From Candidatus Aenigmatarchaeota archaeon (GTDB lineage Archaea > Aenigmatarchaeota > Aenigmatarchaeia > CG10238-14 > SCSR01), in NCBI GenBank assembly GCA_016181005.1, contig JACPAE010000004.1:5078-69077 (forward strand): a DNA stretch of 64,000 nucleotides, written 5' to 3'. Below the pieces are notes generated by a model. That model made no database searches. It had not been told where the DNA came from and saw nothing but the letters and a program-made list of their open reading frames with translations. Positions 57,148 to 64,000 of this stretch are shown here, in pieces (the stretch's first letter is position 1; each line of letters begins with the position of its first letter). The position numbers and the translations under genes are program-made.

Positions 57148-57899
57148 TCATTTCGAAGGCTTTCCGCCATCGCCAAGCTTCATGAATCTGCCGTCCTTCT
57201 TTATAACAGCAATGTCGGTCACAATGTCCCTTTTCTCCTTGTCCGATTTCTCAGTCTTGTCGATTATTTCCAAAGCCAAATCAGTGGCCTCCTTTTCGCT
57301 CATGCCGTCCTTCCATTTTTGGTTCAGCAACTTGTTGGCCAATGCCGCGCCTCTTCCTATGGCCTGCGCCCTCCACTCGAACAGCGTGCCCGAAGGATCG
57401 GTCTCAATCAAGTGAACCCCTGACCTGTCCACGCCTCCAAGCAGCATCGACACACCAAAAGGCCTTAAACCGCCATATTGCGTAATCAACTGCATCCTGT
57501 TTCCTATCACCTTGCCGATGTTCCAGACGTCGACAGGCTCGCTATAAGTAAGCTTGTGCATCTGCGCCCTCACCCTTATCATCTGGACCAGAACCCTGGC
57601 GTCAGCTATAAAGCCCGAGGCAACCGCGCCCATATGGTCGTCTACTTGGAATATCTTTTCTGTCGCGTCCGATACGACCAGCTTTCCCGTAGGCTTGACA
57701 GTGGCAAAAACAATGCCATCCTTGAATGTTATTCCTAGTGCTGTGCTGCCTCTCTTGACGGCCTCTTTTGCGTACTCTAACCAGGCGAAAAAGGAAACCC
57801 TTAATTCGCTACCTGGAACAAGCGGCCATCAGGCGAGAATCTACACCAAATAGCTATTACACTATCTGATTACATAGCCATCGTCCGATCATAACCCAT
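57148..57899 (-). CDS. psmA: Proteasome alpha subunit, interrupted by two BHB mini-introns (exons 57899-57872, 57838-57811, 57778-57148; 228 aa after splicing)
   Basis: The spliced product is [47 protein letters not shown]...GAVASGFIADARVL...YGGLRPFGVSMLLGG. Exon lengths 28+28+631 = 687 nt = 229 codons. The colinear reading has a TAA at 57872-57870 and a frame change. Confidence 0.85.
57779..57810 (-). other. psmA intron 2 (32 nt) within a bulge-helix-bulge motif
   Basis: Central helix CCAG (57816-57813) / CUGG (57784-57781). 3-nt bulges GUA (57812-57810) and UUA (57780-57778). Inner helix GCGAA (57809-57805) / UUCGC (57789-57785), plus a distal AAGG/CCUU stem. Confidence 0.8.
57839..57871 (-). 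other. psmA intron 1 (33 nt) within a bulge-helix-bulge motif
   Basis: Central helix CUAU (57877-57874) / GUAG (57844-57841). 3-nt bulges GUA (57873-57871) and AUU (57840-57838). Inner 9-bp hairpin AUCAGAUAG / CUAUUUGGU. The intron removes most (57871-57870) of the in-frame TAA at 57872-57870. Confidence 0.8.
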
Positions 57900-58011
57900 T
57901 TGAATAACAGCCAGCAATTAACTGAACCATTAATATTCCGGCATGATCTCAGGCATCGCATATCACCAATGCACTAAACTTTCTCATTTTTGTTATCACC
58001 TTAATTTATTA

Positions 58012-59004
58012 TTAGAATTTAGTATTAGGGTTTATATTGTTTTTCAATTTCCAATTAACTGTTTCGATAGGTCCTCTTTTGCTTATCACACTCTTTTCTA
58101 CTAGACCTTCTTCGACCAGTTTATGTACATTCTTCCAGATTACATCACGATTTCGATTAACTATTCTACATAAATCTTTAGTTCTTAATACACTACCCAT
58201 TTTTAATGCGTCTAATATTCTCATTTTTGACTCACCCTTTCCATAAGTTTTATAGCTGTTAATGGTTTGCACCAATTTCCCTTTCTTTTTATTGTCAGTA
58301 AAGCCTACGGTTTCTATAAATTTCATAAGATTGTACCGTCCGTATATATTAAACCCTATTGATGTTGAATCATATGGTTGTTTTCTTTCATAAAGCCCAT
58401 TTGGAGATATACCTAAGGAAAGTAGAATTCCTCTTATATCTTCCATAAATTTTTTGTGAGCGTTTAATAGAAAGTTCTTTTTGTTCATACTAAATCCTAT
58501 TACATAATTTCCTTTGCTATTGATGACAGTTCCTTCATCATCGAAAAGTGCCCTGATAAAAGCTGATTTAATGTTAAGAGAACCATTTTTAATCCATTCT
58601 GGTATTGTTAGAGCTTGTTTTACTTTTTCACCTTTCGGAAAACCGCATAAAACTAGGAATCTAGCTACTGTTTTAGGCGGATATATTTCGTAGAACTCTC
58701 GTTCTTTATTAAAATTCCAATTTGGATAAATTCCAAACAAGCCTTTAACTAGCATTCTAAATTCGTCAGCCAAATCCTTACTTTTGTTGGTATAATATAC
58801 ATTTTCTTCCCCTTGTTTAATACAGCCATCACCTAGAACATGTCCTAAAAGTGATGCTATTTTCTCATTAGCCTTAAATGGCATTTCGACATTTATGATA
58901 TACTGACCTCTATGTAACTTTAGGAAGACGATAGTGTCTTCTACTTTAATTACTTTGAAATGTTGTTTCAGTTTCTCCAATGTAATTAATTCTGACATCG
59001 ACAC
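58012..59004 (-). CDS. Free-standing double-motif LAGLIDADG homing-endonuclease-like protein with a C-terminal winged-helix domain
   Basis: LAGLIDADG motifs LLGHVLGDGCI and FIRALFDDEGTV about 100 aa apart. The C-terminal ILDALKMGSVLRTKDLCRIVNRNRDVIWKNVHKLVEEGLVEK resembles a MarR/ArsR wHTH. Visibly AT-richer than the flanking psmA. Confidence 0.75.
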   Translation of the reverse strand: MSMSELITLEKLKQHFKVIKVEDTIVFLKLHRGQYIINVEMPFKANEKIASLLGHVLGDGCIKQGEENVYYTNKSKDLADEFRMLVKGLFGIYPNWNFNKEREFYEIYPPKTVARFLVLCGFPKGEKVKQALTIPEWIKNGSLNIKSAFIRALFDDEGTVINSKGNYVIGFSMNKKNFLLNAHKKFMEDIRGILLSLGISPNGLYERKQPYDSTSIGFNIYGRYNLMKFIETVGFTDNKKKGKLVQTINSYKTYGKGESKMRILDALKMGSVLRTKDLCRIVNRNRDVIWKNVHKLVEEGLVEKSVISKRGPIETVNWKLKNNINPNTKF

Positions 59005-59048
59005 GACTATCCAATGTCTATATATTATAGTAGAACTAGTATATAAAG

Positions 59049-59594
59049 TTATCGGAGGTTCATTTCCTTTTTCCCTTTCAAATAATTTCGTGCAATATAC
59101 AAAGCCGCAATAACTCTGGCTTCTGTCAATTCCTTATTTTCAATAAATTTCTCGAAATCTTCAAAAGGGACTTTTATCAATTCTATTTCTTCGTCCTCAT
59201 CACCTTGTAGTCTACTTTCAACCAGCTTTTGTGCAAGGTAAATATGTGTTTTGTGACGTGTCGACCCTGGAGAAACAATCAAAGTTCCCAATGGGGTCAT
59301 TTTATTTGCCTTGTAACCAATTTCCTCTTGCAATTCTCTATTCGCAGCATCTAAAGGATGTCCGGAATCTACTCTGCCTTTTGGCAGACTAATCTGATAG
59401 TCATCTGTAGCTACAAAATATTCTTTTATTAAAATCAGGTTACCATCATCTGTAATCGGAACAATCATAGCAGAGTCTTTTTTCTCGACTATACTGAATG
59501 TAGCTTCTTTACCTGTTTTAATCTTAAGATCGATTTCTTTTATTCTAAAAATAGGTGTTTTGAAAACTTCTCTTTCTCGAAGTACTTTTCCCAT
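59049..59594 (-). CDS. NUDIX hydrolase (ADP-ribose pyrophosphatase-like)
   Basis: Nudix box GRVDSGHPLDAANRELQEEIGY. Confidence 0.75.
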   Translation of the reverse strand: MGKVLREREVFKTPIFRIKEIDLKIKTGKEATFSIVEKKDSAMIVPITDDGNLILIKEYFVATDDYQISLPKGRVDSGHPLDAANRELQEEIGYKANKMTPLGTLIVSPGSTRHKTHIYLAQKLVESRLQGDEDEEIELIKVPFEDFEKFIENKELTEARVIAALYIARNYLKGKKEMNLR

Positions 59595-59609
59595 AAATAT
59601 AGTACTTCA

Positions 59610-59966
59610 TTATAAGTTTAACCCCTTAATGGTTCCCGACACCTTTTCAACTTTCACTATCAGTCTGCTCTCACCCAATCTAGACATAAGGCCTAGACCA
59701 GCGACTACTTTCGAAACAGAATCGTTATTGCAGCGTATTATGCCTGTCTGACTTTTACTGTCGTACAGGTTCTTTACAAGCCACAAGGAAAGCTCCGCTG
59801 TTCCAAGCTCACCGTAAAAGTCGAGCAAGGTCTGCCATAAGGCAGCTTCCAGATCTGAATAAGCTACAGGTTCTTCAGAGATTATTCTGAATTTTATGTA
59901 GCGATGCTTTTCCCTTAGCGTTGGCGGCAATATTTTCAACTTGTTTTCTTGTTTCATTTTAACCAT
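59610..59966 (-). CDS. rnp2: RNase P protein component 2 (Pop5/Rnp2)
   Basis: LPPTLREKHRYIKFRIISE...TGIIRCNND...VSGTIKGL. Superoperon context. Confidence 0.75.
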   Translation of the reverse strand: MVKMKQENKLKILPPTLREKHRYIKFRIISEEPVAYSDLEAALWQTLLDFYGELGTAELSLWLVKNLYDSKSQTGIIRCNNDSVSKVVAGLGLMSRLGESRLIVKVEKVSGTIKGLNL

Positions 59967-60733
59967 TTCTTAAACCATTCTAATGTCTCCTTTATTACCT
60001 TTTTCCTGTGCATTTGTGGTACAAAAAGATGGTCGGCATTTTCTATTTTAACGAGTTTTTTAGGTTTGCGTGACGCATTGTACAACCATCTAGAATGTGA
60101 GAATGGGACAGCTAAATCATTATTGCCATGAATAAATAGGATATTTTTCAATTTTCCAACTTCCTTTAAGATGTTATATTTGAAAGTGTCCAAGAATATT
60201 CTGGCAGGTTCTTTATAACCAAACATTAGTTTCGTGGTGTACCCCCTCTCCAAAGATTCTTTTAACCATTCTTCATCCCACCACAATTTCTTATAATCTG
60301 ATACAGTAGCCCATGCAACTACAGCTTTAATGTTGCTGTAGCGTCTGGCAGATAAAATAGCTATAGTACCGCCTTTACTATGCCCTACAATTCCTATTTT
60401 TGATAGGTCAATATTTTTCACGGTTTTCAGAAATTTTAGTGAACTATCAACATCTTCTGACATTGTTTTAATTCTTTGATTTTCAAATTTTCCTTCAGAA
60501 TCTCCACTACCTCTATAATCGAATCTAAATACAGCATAACCATTTCTACAGAATTCTCGTGCCGCATCTACGAAAATGTAAAATGCACCTTCTTTAGAGC
60601 CAAAATAACCATGACACATAATGATTACAGGAGCATTTTTTCGATTAGGTAAATGCAACATCCCAACTATTTGCTTACCATGACTTTTGAAAGTTACAGG
60701 TATTTCTTTCATTTTAACCATTTTTTGAACCAT
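59954..60733 (-). CDS. Alpha/beta-fold hydrolase
   Basis: Nucleophile elbow GHSKGG, HG oxyanion CHGYFG, C-terminal ADH. A tandem paralog of the next gene; both end in KKWLK. Confidence 0.7.
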   Translation of the reverse strand: MVQKMVKMKEIPVTFKSHGKQIVGMLHLPNRKNAPVIIMCHGYFGSKEGAFYIFVDAAREFCRNGYAVFRFDYRGSGDSEGKFENQRIKTMSEDVDSSLKFLKTVKNIDLSKIGIVGHSKGGTIAILSARRYSNIKAVVAWATVSDYKKLWWDEEWLKESLERGYTTKLMFGYKEPARIFLDTFKYNILKEVGKLKNILFIHGNNDLAVPFSHSRWLYNASRKPKKLVKIENADHLFVPQMHRKKVIKETLEWFKKWLK

Positions 60734-61473
60734 TTGATAGTATAGTCTATCAGTGGTTTTTCATATTCATATTTTGAAAAAGTATGATCAGCATTCTTTA
60801 TTATTTTTAGATTATTACTCGGATATAGAAGTTTGCGCATATCTACACCCGTCTTCAAGTTATTTTCCATATCTTTGCTACCGTATATAACAGTCTTGGG
60901 AATCTTTAACGACAAAAGATGTTCAGTTACGTCTGGAAATTTATTTTTAACTTCTTCCCAGAAAGTTTTACCCACAATAAATTCTATCGCCTTCCCATCC
61001 CAAGAAATTGGTGCATATCCTTGCTTTTCTATAGTCTTAATTTTCCTTCCCAATAACATTGTAATGAGTTTTTTAATTGAGATGGAGGGAGCCCATAAAA
61101 CTATTGTAGAAATATATTTCTTATTGACAAGAATTACAACCAATCCTCCTAAACTATGCCCAATTAACCCGATTTTGTTATAACCTTTTTTCTTCATGAA
61201 CTCTATGGCCTTTTCCAAATCGGATACCTCGCCAGAAATTGTCATGTCTCTGAATAAACCATCACTACTTCCGCTTCCTCGAAAATCAAATCTTAGCGTA
61301 GCAAAACCTTCTTTAGCTAAAGACCTTGCACAGTTAACAATTTGCACTTCTCTTTTGTACCCTGTGAACCCATGTGCAATGATCACTGCTTTATCGGTTT
61401 CCTCTTTGGGTATATGTAGAACACCACTTACATTCTCTCCCTTATTTTCGAATGATACATCAATTTCTTTCAT
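60709..61473 (-). CDS. Alpha/beta-fold hydrolase
   Basis: AHGFTG, GHSLGG, NADH. Confidence 0.7.
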   Translation of the reverse strand: MKEIDVSFENKGENVSGVLHIPKEETDKAVIIAHGFTGYKREVQIVNCARSLAKEGFATLRFDFRGSGSSDGLFRDMTISGEVSDLEKAIEFMKKKGYNKIGLIGHSLGGLVVILVNKKYISTIVLWAPSISIKKLITMLLGRKIKTIEKQGYAPISWDGKAIEFIVGKTFWEEVKNKFPDVTEHLLSLKIPKTVIYGSKDMENNLKTGVDMRKLLYPSNNLKIIKNADHTFSKYEYEKPLIDYTIKWFKKWLK

Positions 61474-61784
61474 TCAGTCACTTCCGAAATCCAATTTAAA
61501 TAATCTTTGTTGCCTTTATGGACTTTAAATGAAATCACTTCCGGGATTTTGTAAGGGTGAAGTCGCTTAATTTCCTTCTCCACCTTTTGGTAAAGCTCGC
61601 TTCTTGTTTTTATTATCATCAAAACTTCCGAATGGCTTTGAATCTTCCCTTTCCACCAATACTCGCTTTTAATTACAGGAAGAATGTTAACACACGCAAC
61701 AAGCTTTTCATTTAATAAATGCCGTGAAATTTTCCCAGCAGATTTCAAGTTAGGACATGTAACAAACAAAATACTATACGTCAT
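61470..61784 (-). CDS. cutA: CutA1 divalent-cation tolerance protein
   Basis: LFVTCPNLKSAGKISRHLLNEKLVACVNILPVIKSEYWWKGKI...EVLMIIKT...HPYKIPEV. Confidence 0.85.
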   Translation of the reverse strand: MTYSILFVTCPNLKSAGKISRHLLNEKLVACVNILPVIKSEYWWKGKIQSHSEVLMIIKTRSELYQKVEKEIKRLHPYKIPEVISFKVHKGNKDYLNWISEVTE

Positions 61785-62218
61785 CTTATCAACTTCCCCT
61801 GCAATATTTTTCTTTGTTCAGGAATCATGTTCCTAGGCAGCTTCTTGAAGAATTTCAATTCCTTCCCGGCAGTTCTCGCATTCCCCCACAGTCTTCCGCG
61901 AATGGGTTCGGCCAGAAACACAAGGTTTATTATGTGAGTATACCCTGGTTCCTTATACCTTATGTACTCGAAAACACCGAGAAACTTTTTTATTTTCACC
62001 TCCAATCCAGTCTCTTCCCTAGCTTTTCTTTTTGCGGCATGAAATATCTTCTCCTTGTAAAGAACAGTACCCCCGGGAAAGTGCCATTTTCCCTTGTCCG
62101 GCTTTATAGACCTCTTTATCAGGAGAATGCCTCTCCTATCCTTTATTACAGTATCGACTGTAACTCTTGGAGTTTTCTTAAACACCGTGAGAAATTCCTT
62201 TTTAGACATCATTTTCAT
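61781..62218 (-). CDS. NUDIX hydrolase
   Basis: Nudix box GKWHFPGGTVLYKEKIFHAAKRKAREETGLEV. Confidence 0.75.
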   Translation of the reverse strand: MKMMSKKEFLTVFKKTPRVTVDTVIKDRRGILLIKRSIKPDKGKWHFPGGTVLYKEKIFHAAKRKAREETGLEVKIKKFLGVFEYIRYKEPGYTHIINLVFLAEPIRGRLWGNARTAGKELKFFKKLPRNMIPEQRKILQGKLIR

Positions 62219-62946
62219 TAAACCATCTTAACTCCAGGCAATATCCACTTGTCGATTTTCCTTTCTTTGATTTGGTTAACGATGTCGGATGGAACTTTTG
62301 AAATAGAATCTTTCGCTTTCGGCATCTCTAAGCCCATCTCCACAGCCATCGATACCATGCTTTGCGGGCTCCTAAGCTCCCAATGGCTGACTGCGCCAGA
62401 TGAGAGAATTAGTGGGGCATGGAATTTCTTGGCAAGCTTAACATTTTGAGACATATGTCTCATTATCATGCTTCTTGTTTTTTTGCTGGATAAGAGCAGT
62501 TCCCTGAAGTTAATTTCTATAGCCACGTTATTCTTTGCAGCAGATTTAACTAAAATGTGATTTAATCCGGAGTCAAATCTGTTGTTCTCAGGATGTGTCA
62601 GGATGTCCACTTGAGGCGTCTCGCATGCAAGCCTGTTCAGTTCCAAATCCCCGCCTTGGACAAGCAGGATATCAAATAGTCTCCTCCTTTCCACAAGCTT
62701 GTACAGTTCTTTCGTATTTCTTGCTTCAAACCCGAGGTAAATGTCAATTCCAACTTTTTCCTCAATACTCTTTATTTCATTCTTCAGTTTCTCCAATTGC
62801 TCGTCATTTTGAAAATACTCGGCAAAACAAATCCCACTGTAGCCAAGCTCTTTAGAAGTTTGCGCCAGCTGCTCCAAGCTACTTTTTCCGCCAGAAAATG
62901 CACTGTGAAGATGCAAATCAAAATATTTCATAATTAAATTTAGCAA
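62218..62946 (-). CDS. rnp3: RNase P protein component 3 (Rpp30/Rnp3; PHP/TIM-barrel-like)
   Basis: FDLHLHS..., ETPQVDILTHPE, NNVAIEINFRELL, APLILSSGAVSHWELRSPQ. Adjacent to rpl15e, as in the conserved superoperon. Confidence 0.7.
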   Translation of the reverse strand: MLNLIMKYFDLHLHSAFSGGKSSLEQLAQTSKELGYSGICFAEYFQNDEQLEKLKNEIKSIEEKVGIDIYLGFEARNTKELYKLVERRRLFDILLVQGGDLELNRLACETPQVDILTHPENNRFDSGLNHILVKSAAKNNVAIEINFRELLLSSKKTRSMIMRHMSQNVKLAKKFHAPLILSSGAVSHWELRSPQSMVSMAVEMGLEMPKAKDSISKVPSDIVNQIKERKIDKWILPGVKMV

Positions 62947-62953
62947 GCTATAA

Positions 62954-63481
62954 TTAAGCTCTTAATCCTCTTGACCTTTTTCCCTGCGACGTCAGCCCAT
63001 GATAAACTCTTCTCCTGTTTGCAGGATTCCTTATCCATGCAGTCTTCGGGTCGTTAACTATGCTTGGATGATTAGGATTTATCAGTATGATTTCATACCA
63101 GTCATGCTTGCCGTCCCCGACAACCCAATAAGAATTCAAGACCTCCAAGTTGGAGAATCTTCTCTGAGCTTTCTCCTCGGCTATCCACTGCAAGGATTTC
63201 TTCGGCGTGAAATGGACTAGACCTGCCTTCTTCGGCTTCCTTCCCTTGTCCGGCTTCCTTCTCCTCCTTCCCCCCTTCTTCACTCTCACACGGGCAATAA
63301 CATATCCTAATTTTGCCTTGTAGCCTAATTCCCTGGCTCTGTCAAGCCTTGTAGGTCTTTCGACACGTGTAACTACATGTTCGGTCCTGAATTCAATAAG
63401 CCTCTGCTTGTAGGCATCTCCCAGACTCTCCTTAGGCTTCTTCCACGCCTCCCTCAGAAATTGGTACATCCCCCTTGCCAT
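62954..63481 (-). CDS. rpl15e: Ribosomal protein L15e
   Basis: [19 protein letters not shown]...[11 protein letters not shown]. The ORF-track GTG at 63490 lies 3 codons upstream of this ATG. Confidence 0.9.
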   Translation of the reverse strand: MARGMYQFLREAWKKPKESLGDAYKQRLIEFRTEHVVTRVERPTRLDRARELGYKAKLGYVIARVRVKKGGRRRRKPDKGRKPKKAGLVHFTPKKSLQWIAEEKAQRRFSNLEVLNSYWVVGDGKHDWYEIILINPNHPSIVNDPKTAWIRNPANRRRVYHGLTSQGKRSRGLRA

Positions 63482-63862
63482 ACAATTCACTTTATGAGCA
63501 AGGTTTATATCTCTTTACTTAAACGGCGTCATTTCACCATGTTTTGTATCAAATATCTAACCTCGCCAGAGACCAGCTTGTTCATTTTCCCCTCCCTTTC
63601 TTTATAGAAGGCATTTGACAGCAGGGCCTGCTCGTATTTATTCAAGTATACGCGTTGAGATAAGGCCTGTTATCAGAAACATGAGAACAAGGGCAGAATA
63701 TTAATTAGCGTAGCCGAGTGGGAACCTTTGTATCAAGTGGAAAAGATGTTTCAACAATTTGGTTATACGCACAAAATTCTTGGTAGATTAGCTAGTCGAA
63801 GAGGCGAAAGACGGTTTATAGAGCTTACGAGCTAGTAGAATAATCCACCCTGTTCGCTAAAC

Positions 63863-63870
63863 TTATAAAT
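63863..63870 (+). promoter_or_regulatory. Candidate TATA box (TTATAAAT)
   Basis: Centred about 28 nt upstream of the ATG at 63894. Confidence 0.3.
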
Positions 63871-63893
63871 ACGCATCTAGCAATATACACTTT

Positions 63894-64000
63894 ATGAGAC
63901 ATGACAAAGACTTCGAAATAAAGACAATCAGACTTAACAATCATAATGTTAAGGTAAGGATACCGAAAAAAACTATTACCTTAGAGGAAGCCCTAAAAAG
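63894..64000 (+). CDS. 5' end of an unidentified ORF running off the window
   Basis: MRHDKDFEIKTIRLNNHNVKVRIPKKTITLEEALK..., open to the window edge. Confidence 0.25.
   Translation, partial: MRHDKDFEIKTIRLNNHNVKVRIPKKTITLEEALK

Noticed and set aside
57148-57899. psmA as a decayed pseudogene, or an artefact of two sequencing errors.
   Set aside because: The two interruptions are 33 and 32 nt of extra sequence, not point indels. Each is bounded by a 4-bp helix with two 3-nt bulges. The symmetric cleavage positions restore the exact conserved peptide. The remaining 200+ codons are intact. The interpretation still needs cDNA evidence.
58012-59004. The LAGLIDADG ORF as an intein, or as the ORF of a large BHB intron within psmA or a neighbouring gene.
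   Set aside because: It has its own start and stop and is not in frame with flanking coding sequence. No host extein halves or Cys/Ser...HN splice junction residues are present. psmA exon 1 begins 113 nt downstream of its stop, with its own ATG.
63529-63585. An 18-codon minus-strand ORF (MNKLVSGEVRYLIQNMVK) preceded by a strong GGGAGGGG Shine-Dalgarno-like motif, upstream of rpl15e.
   Set aside because: It is too short to evaluate and has no recognisable homology. I found no BHB that would extend it. It may be a leader peptide or chance.
294-63607. Numerous 60-180-aa ORFs on the opposite strand or in alternative frames of long conserved genes. Examples: 294-734, 9252-9838, 14291-14946, 17705-18082, 35072-35872, 41594-41956, 52739-53242, 54014-54635, 56498-56908.
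   Set aside because: They lie entirely inside genes with strong family signatures. Their composition is low-complexity or Cys/Arg/Ser-skewed, typical of shadow frames, and they carry no recognisable motifs.
1-64000. CRISPR arrays, rRNA genes, IS elements or transposases, and toxin-antitoxin pairs.
   Set aside because: No regularly spaced direct repeats, no rRNA-like conserved stretches, and no transposase or integrase motifs were seen. The two PIN-domain genes belong to conserved housekeeping families and lack adjacent antitoxin-sized partners.

Overview
Densely packed archaeal chromosomal segment of about 80 genes on both strands. The archaeal assignment rests on aIF2-gamma, aIF5B and aIF6, r-proteins S6e/S24e/S27ae/L15e/L31e/L39e, Rpo7/Spt4, the exosome-proteasome-RNase P superoperon, class III signal-peptide pilins and archaeal-type aaRSs. 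I saw no rRNA, CRISPR array, integrase or transposase.

Main blocks:
- 1-12.8 kb: the 3' half of rad50, then a type IV pilus-like locus (six prepilin-like genes, secretion ATPase, two TadB/C-like membrane genes, KaiC-like ATPase), then herA and an SbcD-related phosphoesterase.
- 13-23 kb: aIF5B, NUDIX hydrolase, a large glycoprotein-like surface protein, membrane proteins, a tRNA, a truncated geranylgeranyl reductase, and a split PIN/ATPase-KH gene.
- 23-46 kb: an unusual concentration of aminoacyl-tRNA synthetases (His, Ile, Ala, Leu, Phe alpha and beta, Trp) interspersed with membrane proteins, a second tRNA and MinD.
- 46-64 kb: translation/transcription gene strings (S6e, aIF2-gamma, PIN, Rpo7, Spt4, S24e, S27ae, aIF6, L31e, L39e, Rrp42/41/4, SBDS, PsmA, Pop5, Rpp30, L15e) interrupted by pilin genes, an H+-pyrophosphatase and an AT-rich accessory block.

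Most notable result: the proteasome alpha-subunit gene is unreadable as a colinear ORF. It becomes a perfect 228-aa PsmA once two short segments (33 nt and 32 nt) are removed, and each segment is bounded by a canonical bulge-helix-bulge (BHB) splicing motif. Both tRNA genes in the window also carry short introns, two of them at non-canonical positions, so BHB splicing seems used unusually widely in this organism, including in an mRNA. A free-standing LAGLIDADG/winged-helix gene lies immediately upstream of the interrupted psmA.

Other points: a poly-basic/coiled-coil/CBS protein is translationally coupled to the pilus ATPase; tandem pilin paralogs share DNA-identical termini around divergent cores; the geranylgeranyl reductase lacks its FAD-binding N-terminus and abuts a tRNA; a PIN/ATPase-KH gene is broken by a -1 frame change at a 12-nt palindrome.

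All calls come from reading the supplied translations and sequence by eye. No database search was run.
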